Assembly (NCBI GenBank): GCA_034722055.1
Contig: JAYENL010000071.1
Coordinates: 1 to 12,668, forward strand
DNA from: Armatimonadota bacterium
Lineage (GTDB): Bacteria > Armatimonadota > Zipacnadia > Zipacnadales > UBA5352
DNA length: 12,668 nucleotides
Direction of reading: 5' to 3'
Under the pieces are notes generated by a model, which saw nothing but the letters and a program-made list of their open reading frames with translations, did no database searches and was not told where the DNA came from. Positions 5,770-12,668 of this stretch are shown piece by piece. Position 1 is the first letter of the stretch; each line of letters opens with the position of its first letter. The position numbers were made by a program, and so were the translations under genes.

Positions 5770-8700
5770 GTGATACTGCCACTTCTGAGACGGATATTCA
5801 ACGCAAATGAGCGCGAGCTGGCCCGCGTGCGGCCGATCGTGGAGGAGGTCAACGCGCTGGAGCCGGAGATGGAGGCCCTCAGCGACGGTGAGCTGAAGGG
5901 CCGCGCCGACCACTTCCGGCATCGGCTGGAGGAGGGCGAGACCCTCGACGACGTCCTCCCCGAGGCCTTCGCGGTGGTGCGCGAGGGCTCCAAGCGCGTC
6001 CTGGGCATGCGGCCCTTCGACGTGCAGGTGATGGGAGCGGTGGTGCTGCACGAGGGCAAGGTCGCGGAGATGAAGACGGGCGAGGGCAAGACCCTCACCG
6101 CCACCATGCCGCTGTATCTGAACGCCCTCACCGGCCGCGGGGCGCACCTGGTCACAACCAACGACTACCTGGTGCGCTGGCAGGCGGAGTGGATGGGGAA
6201 GCTCTACGAGTTCCTGGGGCTGACCGTAGGGCACATCCAGCACGGGATGAAGTCCCAGGAGCGCCGCGCCATGTACCAGCGCGACATCACCTACGTCGAG
6301 AACTCCGAGCTGGGCTTCGACTACCTCCGCGACAACATGGCCGGCAGCCCCGAGCGGCTGGTGCTGCGCGAGCTGCACTACGCCATCATCGACGAGGTGG
6401 ACAGCATCCTCATCGACGAGGCCCGCACCCCGCTGATCATCTCCGGCACCCCGGAGCAGTCCGAGCAGTACTACGAGGAGATCGACCGCATCGTGCGCCG
6501 CCTGGAGGGCACCCGGGAGGAGCCGGAGGAGGGGCCCGATGGGCGCAAGATCGAGCCTGACGCGGACTATATGATCGACGAGAAGTTCCATCAGACGGCG
6601 CTGACCGACCGCGGGCAGCGCAAGATCGAGCGCGCCCTGGGCATCGACAACCTCGAGGACCCCGAGTACATCGAGATCAAGCACCACATCCAGAACTCGC
6701 TGAAGGCCCACGGCCTGTACACCCGCGATCACGACTACGTCATCAAGGACGGCGAGGTCGTGATCGTGGACGAGTTCACCGGGCACCTGCAGCCCGGCCG
6801 CCGCTACTCCGACGGCCTGCACCAGGCGATCGAGGCCAAGGAGGGCGTGCGCATCCAGCAGGCGAGGCAGACGGTGGCCTCCATCACCTACCAGAACTTC
6901 TTCAAGCTCTACGACAAGCTGGCCGGGATGACCGGGACCGCCAAGACGGAGGAGGACGAGTTCCGCCAGATCTACGGCATCTCGGTGGTGGTCATTCCCA
7001 CCAACGAGCCGGTTATCCGTGAGGATCACCCGGACGTGGTCTACAAGACCGAGGAGGCTAAGTTCCGGGGCATCGTGGACGAGATCATCGACTGCTACGT
7101 GCGGGAGCAGCCCGCGCTGGTGGGATCGCGCTCGGTGGAGGTCTCCGAGCGCATCAGCGCCCGGATGACGCCTGAGCGGCTGAACCTCCACGTCCTGGCG
7201 CGCATCGGCCAGTTCGAGCTGCACAACAACGACCGCGCGGTCGATGACAGACAGACCCGGGACCAGTACCTGGAGACGCTGCGCACCCCCATCCCGCAGA
7301 TCTCCCGCTCCGAGGTGGTGAATATCCTGCGGCAGCTCGGCTTCACGCCCGATCCGCTGGAGCGGGAGAACCTGGAGCGGCTTCTGCAGCTCATCGGGAC
7401 GGAGGACGGCGAGATCGCGGAGGCCGACCGGGAGCGGTACCTGCAGCGCCTGGAGCACGCCATCACCAACGGCATCCCCCACAATGTGCTCAACGCTAAG
7501 TACCACGAACGGGAGGGGCAGATCATCGCGGAGGCGGGCCGGCGCGGGGCGGTGACCATCGCCACTAACATGGCCGGCCGGGGCGTGGACATCGTCCTGG
7601 GCGGCAAGCCCGACGACGGCGAGGGCATCATCGAGGAGGAGTACGAGCGCGTCAAACAGCTCGGGGGGCTGCACATCATCGGCTCCGAGCGCCACGAGAG
7701 CCGGCGCATCGACAACCAGCTTCGCGGGCGCTCCGGCCGCCAGGGCGATCCTGGCTCCTCGCGCTTCTACGTGTCGCTGGAGGATGAGCTGATGCGGCTG
7801 TTCGCCCCGGACCGCTTCGGGATGCTCATGGGCGGGTGGCCGGAGGAGGAGGCCATCGAGGCTCGGCTGGTCTCCCGCTCCATCGAGCGGGCGCAGGAGA
7901 AGGTGGAGGCGCGGAACTTCGATATCCGCAAGAACACGCTCAAGTATGACGACGTCATGAACGTCCAGCGGGCGCTGATCTACGACCAGCGGCGGCGCGT
8001 CCTGGAGGGCGAGGACATCGGCGACGCCGTCATCGACATGGTCGAGCAGGCAGTGCAGCAGCGCGTGGACACCTACGGGGACCCGGAGCTGCCCATCCGC
8101 TGGACGGACCAGATCGTGGACGGAATGTTGAACGTGGAGCGCTCCGGCGAGGAGCTGACCGCCAAGGCGGTCGAGCAGGTGCTGCGCGCCTCGGAGGCGT
8201 CGGGCATCGAGAGCGCCCTGCCGCCCGAGGAGATGCTGGAGATGGATCCCTTCGAGCGGCGGGAGCGGATCGACGAGGTCTGCCGGGGCATGTGGCTGCG
8301 GCGCTACCACGCCGCGCTGGAGGACGCCGTGCCGGGCATGGCGCACATGGTCGCCGTCGATGAGCTGGCGGACAGCGACCAGGAGCAGCAGGCGGAGATG
8401 CTCAAGCAGCGCGCCAGGCAGCTCTACGAGCGCAAGGAGCAGTCGGTGGGCTCGGAGCTGATGCGTCAGATCGAGCGCACCTGGCTGCTGCGCATCATTG
8501 ACTCGCGGTGGATGCAGCACCTCAAGGACATGGACTTCTTGCGGGAGGGCATCCACCTGCGCGCCTACGGGCAGAAGGACCCCCTCATCGAGTACACCAA
8601 GGAGTCCCACGAGCTGTTCCAGTCGCTGCTGCAGGGCATCGCTGAGGACCTGACAAAGGCGGTGCTGCTCACCGAGGTGGCTGCCGAGCAGCAGGGCGTG

Positions 8701-8943
8701 GCGGTCCGGGGCATGGAGGCGGGGCAGGCCGAGGTGCCGGATGCCGCCGAGGCGGAGGCCAGAGCCCAGCAGGCCCAGGAGGAGGACGTGGAGACGCCCA
8801 TGACCGAGGCGGCGGAGGAGATGACCGAGAAGGGTCACACCTACGTGGCCGAGGACGAGCCGGGGCGCAACGACCCCTGCCCCTGCGGCTCCGGGAAGAA
8901 ATACAAGTACTGTTGCATGCACAAGAAAGTCTCGAGTAGCTGA
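5770..8943 (+). CDS. secA: Preprotein translocase ATPase SecA (1057 aa, two large insertions, C-terminal SEC-C zinc motif)
   Basis: MKTGEGKT Walker A, GFDYLRDNM, IIDEVDSILIDEARTPLIISG, GMTGTAKTE, ATNMAGRGVDI, ERHESRRIDNQLRGRSGRQGDPG and GRNDPCPCGSGKKYKYCC. GTG 5770 lies 4 nt after the lptD stop and gives a typical N-terminus (LLRRIFNANEREL). Confidence 0.99.
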   Translation: MILPLLRRIFNANERELARVRPIVEEVNALEPEMEALSDGELKGRADHFRHRLEEGETLDDVLPEAFAVVREGSKRVLGMRPFDVQVMGAVVLHEGKVAEMKTGEGKTLTATMPLYLNALTGRGAHLVTTNDYLVRWQAEWMGKLYEFLGLTVGHIQHGMKSQERRAMYQRDITYVENSELGFDYLRDNMAGSPERLVLRELHYAIIDEVDSILIDEARTPLIISGTPEQSEQYYEEIDRIVRRLEGTREEPEEGPDGRKIEPDADYMIDEKFHQTALTDRGQRKIERALGIDNLEDPEYIEIKHHIQNSLKAHGLYTRDHDYVIKDGEVVIVDEFTGHLQPGRRYSDGLHQAIEAKEGVRIQQARQTVASITYQNFFKLYDKLAGMTGTAKTEEDEFRQIYGISVVVIPTNEPVIREDHPDVVYKTEEAKFRGIVDEIIDCYVREQPALVGSRSVEVSERISARMTPERLNLHVLARIGQFELHNNDRAVDDRQTRDQYLETLRTPIPQISRSEVVNILRQLGFTPDPLERENLERLLQLIGTEDGEIAEADRERYLQRLEHAITNGIPHNVLNAKYHEREGQIIAEAGRRGAVTIATNMAGRGVDIVLGGKPDDGEGIIEEEYERVKQLGGLHIIGSERHESRRIDNQLRGRSGRQGDPGSSRFYVSLEDELMRLFAPDRFGMLMGGWPEEEAIEARLVSRSIERAQEKVEARNFDIRKNTLKYDDVMNVQRALIYDQRRRVLEGEDIGDAVIDMVEQAVQQRVDTYGDPELPIRWTDQIVDGMLNVERSGEELTAKAVEQVLRASEASGIESALPPEEMLEMDPFERRERIDEVCRGMWLRRYHAALEDAVPGMAHMVAVDELADSDQEQQAEMLKQRARQLYERKEQSVGSELMRQIERTWLLRIIDSRWMQHLKDMDFLREGIHLRAYGQKDPLIEYTKESHELFQSLLQGIAEDLTKAVLLTEVAAEQQGVAVRGMEAGQAEVPDAAEAEARAQQAQEEDVETPMTEAAEEMTEKGHTYVAEDEPGRNDPCPCGSGKKYKYCCMHKKVSSS

Positions 8944-9034
8944 TGGCGGGCCGTGGGGGCATCCAGGGGCGCCCCAAGCGCCGTCCAGGCAGGGGCGCCC
9001 GCACTGTGAATGCAGGAGATCGGAGGAAGAGCTG

Positions 9035-10154
9035 GTGAGTCTGCCGGAACTTCGGGAGCAAGCCGAGAATCTAAAGAACACAGTAGAGCAAGCGTGGGAT
9101 CGTCTTTGACCTCGCCGCACGCGAGGAGAAGCTGCAGCGTCTCGTAAAGGAGACGGAGGCCCCCGGCTTCTGGGACGATCCGGACGCGGCCCAGCAGCAG
9201 ATGCAGCAGATCTCGGCGTTCCGGGACCTCATCGAGCCGTGGCGGGAGCTGCGCTCGACGGTCGATGACCTGGCGGTGCTGGCGGAGCTGGGCCTGGAGG
9301 AGCAGGACGACAGCGTCGAGCCGGAGGTCGAGGAGGGGCTGCGGGAGGCGCAAAGCAGCTTCGGGCGGCTGGAGCTGCTGGCGATGCTCTCGGGCAAGTA
9401 CGACGCCGCCGACAGCATCGTGATGATCACGGCGGGAGCTGGCGGGACCGAGGCGTGCGACTGGGCGTCGATGCTCCTTGACATGTACAAGTTCTGGGCG
9501 GAGGATCACGACTACGGCTTCGAGGTGCTCTCGGCGGTGGCCGGGGACCAGGCGGGCTACCGGAACGTGACCTTCCGGGTCACCGGGCGCCACGCCTACG
9601 GGTACCTCAAGGCCGAGGCCGGCGTGCACCGGCTGGTGCGCATCTCGCCCTTCGACTCCTCCAAGCGTAGGCACACCAGCTTCGCCTCGGTGGACGTGCT
9701 GCCGGACATGGGCGAGGATGCGGACGTGGAGATCGACCCCAACGACCTGCGGATCGACACCTACCGGTCGTCGGGCGCCGGCGGGCAGCACGTCAACAAG
9801 ACGGACTCGGCGGTGCGCATCACGCACCAGCCGACGGGGATCGTGGTGCAGTGCCAGGCCGAACGAAGTCAGCACGCCAATCGTCGTACTGCAATGAACC
9901 TGCTGCGGGCGCGTCTGCATGAGCTGCAGCGCCGGAGGCGGCAGGAGGAGGTCGATGCTCTCCGCGGCGAGCGCAAGGAGATCGACTTCGGCAGTCAGAT
10001 ACGATCCTACGTGATGCAGCCGTACCGGATGGTGAAAGACCACCGCACCGACGTTGACACGGGCGACGTGGACTCGGTGCTGCACGGCGAGCTGGATCAG
10101 TTCATCCGACCGTACTTGCTCGAGTTCGCCTCACAGAGAGGTGAGGAGCAATGA
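9035..10154 (+). CDS. prfB: Peptide chain release factor 2, programmed +1 frameshift; join(9035..9106,9108..10154), 372 aa
   Basis: SD GGAGGA (9022-9027) and GTG 9035 open 24 codons (MSLPELREQAENLKNTVEQAWDRL) ending in CTT-TGA-C at 9104-9110. The +1 frame continues DLAAREEKL...PGFWDDP into the 9201 ORF. SPF (RISPFDS) and GGQ (GAGGQHVN) motifs are present. Confidence 0.98.
9095..9110 (+). promoter_or_regulatory. prfB +1 ribosomal frameshift cassette
   Basis: TGGGAT-CGT-CTT-TGA-C: canonical CUU-UGA-C shift site with a weak SD-like element at the usual spacing. Confidence 0.95.
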
Positions 10155-10783
10155 GGCTCATCACCGTGATTGTGGCAATGACGCTGGTGGCCGCTGTGGT
10201 TGTGGCGGGGACGACCGCCGCGGAGCTGACCACCGCCAATGCCCAGCGCCAGGAGACCTCCTTCGGCGACCTCACCGCCGACGCCCTGGTGCATGCCGCC
10301 AAGACCACCATCGCGCTGGTGCCGGCAGTCTCCTTCAAGAGCGGGACGATCCCCGCTGGCGAGGTCACCGGCGACGCCGTCCGGAAGCTGCTGACCAAGC
10401 CCGGCGAGTCCTGGGCCGTGGTGGCTCTCACTGGCCGGCAGCTCAGGCAGACGCTGGAGCGGAGCGTCTCGCGCGCGCCGCAGCCGCACGCGGGCTTCCT
10501 GCAGGTCTCCGGGGTGGTGCTCACGTACGACCCCGGCAAGCCCAGGAACTCCCGCATCGTCTCGCTGACCATCAGCGGCGCCGACCTGCAGCCCGACGGC
10601 GAGTACCAAGTCGCCATGCCGCTGTCGCTGGCCAAGGGCGGCTCGGGCTACTTCACCATCTTCAGGGAGGAGGACATCACCCGCAGCGGCTCCGAGGGGC
10701 TGACCGACGCGATCCTGGACTTCGTGGACTCCCAGGAGAGCGTCAACTACACCGGCCAGGGACGCATCAACGTGGCGGGCTGA
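10151..10783 (+). CDS. Secreted protein consisting only of a 5'-nucleotidase C-terminal domain
   Basis: ATGA overlap with the prfB stop and a signal peptide (MRLITVIVAMTLVAAVVVAGTTAA). Motifs ETSFGDLTADAL, IPAGEVT, LTGRQLRQTLERSV, GFLQVSG...YDP, LAKGGSGY and GRI match this domain. There is no metallophosphatase domain. Confidence 0.88.
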   Translation: MRLITVIVAMTLVAAVVVAGTTAAELTTANAQRQETSFGDLTADALVHAAKTTIALVPAVSFKSGTIPAGEVTGDAVRKLLTKPGESWAVVALTGRQLRQTLERSVSRAPQPHAGFLQVSGVVLTYDPGKPRNSRIVSLTISGADLQPDGEYQVAMPLSLAKGGSGYFTIFREEDITRSGSEGLTDAILDFVDSQESVNYTGQGRINVAG

Positions 10784-10808
10784 TCGACGCGGGCTCACTG
10801 CATGCGAT

Positions 10809-10838
10809 GGGGCCGGGGCACCAGCGTGCCCCGGCCCC
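10809..10838. terminator. Perfect 13-bp hairpin between convergent genes, probable bidirectional terminator
   Basis: GGGGCCGGGGCAC-CAGC-GTGCCCCGGCCCC between the stops at 10783 (+) and 10857 (-). There is no strong U tract on either side. Confidence 0.75.
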
Positions 10839-10856
10839 GGTTCGGTAACGCACCGC

Positions 10857-11876
10857 TCACTGCTCGGCGGGCGGCATCAGCCGCGTGGTGGCCTCCACGA
10901 ACATCTCCAGGAAGATCTCCGTGGGCTCGGCGGCGCCGGTGAGCTCGGCGGGAAGCGCGGCCCGCATCTCCACCTGGGTGCGCTCCATGCTGGCCACCCG
11001 CCTGCCGGCCTCGGGATCGAACCAGGTCCGCGTGTTCGTGGTGGTGCTCCCCTTCATCCCCAGCATCTGGGCCAGCTCACCCAGCGCCTCCGACTGCACC
11101 GTGGTCGTGCTGTCGAGCCGCACGCACTCCCGGCCCTCCAGCTCGATGTCGCCGTCGTAGCGCGTGGTGATGGTGAGCGGCCGCTCGGTACCCTCCACCT
11201 CGATCGGCCGGGCAGTGCCCGACCACTCAGCCCCGACCGTCACCGGCTCCTCCGGGAAGGTCGCCACCTTCTGGTCCATCAGCAGGCGCTTGAGGTCCAA
11301 CCCGCCCGTCATGATCCGCGCCATCCGGGCGTTCCACGGCGACTGCTGGCCGGCGGCCGTCGGCTCCTGGAGCATCTCGAAGTCCGCGATCTCTCCCCGC
11401 GGGGTCATGACAGTGCGGATCCTCATGTTCTGGTTGGGTCGCGGCACCGCCTGTCCGCTCATCGTCACCGTCAGATCCGACACATCGACGCTGGTCAGGA
11501 GCGTGAACTTGCCCTCCTCGTCCACGTCCTCCACGCTGACCACGGTCTGCAGCTCACCGGACATATCGATCGCCTGGCTCTGGCCCATCACGTGCACCGA
11601 GCCGACGCCCTCCACGTTTGTGCGGTAGGTCAGCTTCTCCCCTTTGGTGTACTTCAGGCGCAGCAGGAGGGGCTCGCCGGCCGGCTCTGCGGCGGGTTGC
11701 TCCAGGGGCACTGCGCCCTCGTGCTCCTGCCCGACATCGGCCGGCCCGACGTCCTCCTGCGCGGCCTCGTCGGCGCCGGGCTGATCGGCGGCCGGGGCAT
11801 CACCGTCAGCGGCCAGGCAGGGCACGGCCAGCAGCATGAGTGCGATTACGACCCAGCTCACGAGACGTCGCTTCAT
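10857..11876 (-). CDS. Secreted beta-rich hypothetical protein, DUF6263-like
   Basis: SD GAGGTGA 6 nt before ATG, signal peptide MKRRLVSWVVIALMLLAVPCLA, and an acidic Ala/Pro linker. LRLKYTKGEKLTY, FPEEPVTVGAEW and WFDPEAGR resemble DUF6263-type proteins (family call from memory). Confidence 0.7.
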   Translation of the reverse strand: MKRRLVSWVVIALMLLAVPCLAADGDAPAADQPGADEAAQEDVGPADVGQEHEGAVPLEQPAAEPAGEPLLLRLKYTKGEKLTYRTNVEGVGSVHVMGQSQAIDMSGELQTVVSVEDVDEEGKFTLLTSVDVSDLTVTMSGQAVPRPNQNMRIRTVMTPRGEIADFEMLQEPTAAGQQSPWNARMARIMTGGLDLKRLLMDQKVATFPEEPVTVGAEWSGTARPIEVEGTERPLTITTRYDGDIELEGRECVRLDSTTTVQSEALGELAQMLGMKGSTTTNTRTWFDPEAGRRVASMERTQVEMRAALPAELTGAAEPTEIFLEMFVEATTRLMPPAEQ

Positions 11877-11900
11877 CTGATGTCACCTCGTTGGCGGCCG

Positions 11901-12668
11901 TCAGGTCTTGCCACGTTCCGTCTGTTCGATCTGCTGCTTCATCATCCGCCAGGTCTCCCGCGCGCCGCGCACCTGGGCCTCGGTAACCCCGCGGGGGCTG
12001 TAGGTGGCCAGCACGTAGGCACGGGTGAGACGCTCGGCCCCGCGGTCGGGCAGATGCAGGCCGGACGGGAGCCCGCGCAGGAACTCCAGGGCCGTCTGAT
12101 CCTCCCGCCGCTCGTAGCCGCCCCTGGCCGTATAGGCCTGAAACGCCCGGTACACGTACCTCACGACGTCGGAGGGCGCCAGGTCGGCGTCCAGCCCACG
12201 CTCGAATATATCGACAAAAGGATCCTCGGGAAGGTTCCCGGGGGCAGCGCCTCTGCGGGCCGGCAGACTCAGGCCCGAGAGCCACTGCGCCAGCCGCTGC
12301 CACATCCCGGCGAGGACCAGGCTCACGTATCCCGGGAGGCGCCGCACCGCCTGCCAGATGCTGCGCCGGTGCGCCCAGAGGAAGTAGAGGGCCGCCAGCG
12401 CCGCCGCCAGCAGCAGCAGCCACAGCAGAATCCTGCCCACGGCCCCCAGGTGAGGTTGCTCCACGATGCGCCGCGGGGCGGGCTGCTGCCGGGCGCCGCT
12501 GCCCTGCTCCCGCCCCTGGCCCTCGCCGGAGCCCCGGCCGCGGCCCCTGCCTTCGCCGCCGCCTCCCGCGCCCTGGCCGAACACTGGCCTGGCTCCGCCC
12601 TCACCGGGCTGCTCACCCTCCTCGCCGCCGCCCTGCCGGCCTTCATCCTCGCCGGGACCGGGGCGCGC
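11901..12668 (-). CDS. DUF4129 domain-containing membrane protein, 5'-partial
   Basis: The frame is open to the window edge (ARPGPGEDEGRQGGGEEGEQPGEGG...). A Gly/Glu/Gln-rich linker and TM helix ILLWLLLLAAALAALYFLW precede the pattern Y......A..G..R...QTALEF....AERLTRAYVLATYS typical of DUF4129. Confidence 0.8.
   Translation of the reverse strand, partial: ARPGPGEDEGRQGGGEEGEQPGEGGARPVFGQGAGGGGEGRGRGRGSGEGQGREQGSGARQQPAPRRIVEQPHLGAVGRILLWLLLLAAALAALYFLWAHRRSIWQAVRRLPGYVSLVLAGMWQRLAQWLSGLSLPARRGAAPGNLPEDPFVDIFERGLDADLAPSDVVRYVYRAFQAYTARGGYERREDQTALEFLRGLPSGLHLPDRGAERLTRAYVLATYSPRGVTEAQVRGARETWRMMKQQIEQTERGKT

Noticed and set aside
7141..7470. Intein in SecA
   Set aside because: There is no N-terminal Cys/Ser block, no His-Asn C-terminus followed by C/S/T, and no LAGLIDADG motif.
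8967..9000. 9-bp GC stem GGGCGCCCC/GGGGCGCCC between secA and prfB as a terminator
   Set aside because: The loop is 16 nt, there is no U tract, and such a stem is plausible by chance at this GC content; at most an mRNA-stabilising hairpin.
9035..9110. prfB as a frameshifted pseudogene
   Set aside because: The break is the canonical CTT-TGA-C programmed frameshift at the usual position.
5614..9120. 1168-aa minus-strand ORF antisense to secA (also 427..2385, 8841..10085 and similar)
   Set aside because: These are shadow ORFs expected from high-GC codon bias opposite well-supported genes, and they contain no recognisable motifs.

Overview
High-GC bacterial DNA from a diderm organism; Armatimonadota-like lineage is an inference from gene content only. 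The + strand carries a degenerate flagellar-type export module: 5'-partial flhB-like, flhA-like and fliA/whiG-family sigma factor. A ~625 bp intergenic region follows, dense in hairpins (REP-like palindromes, a candidate rod-shaped RNA, a strong sigma70 promoter). Next is a probable operon: compact LptD-like protein, secA, prfB with its programmed +1 frameshift, and a secreted stand-alone 5'-nucleotidase C-terminal domain. A 13-bp hairpin separates these from two convergent minus-strand genes (secreted DUF6263-like protein; 5'-partial DUF4129 membrane protein). The best candidate for a novel system is the stripped-down type III export gate. FlhB stops before the NPTH autocleavage domain, FlhA has substitutions at conserved charged and hinge residues, flhF/flhG are absent at their usual position, and the sigma28 has an altered -10 recognition helix. 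SecA has two large insertions, and the LptD barrel looks about half the canonical size. Family calls and reference residue numbers come from motif recognition and memory; no searches were run.
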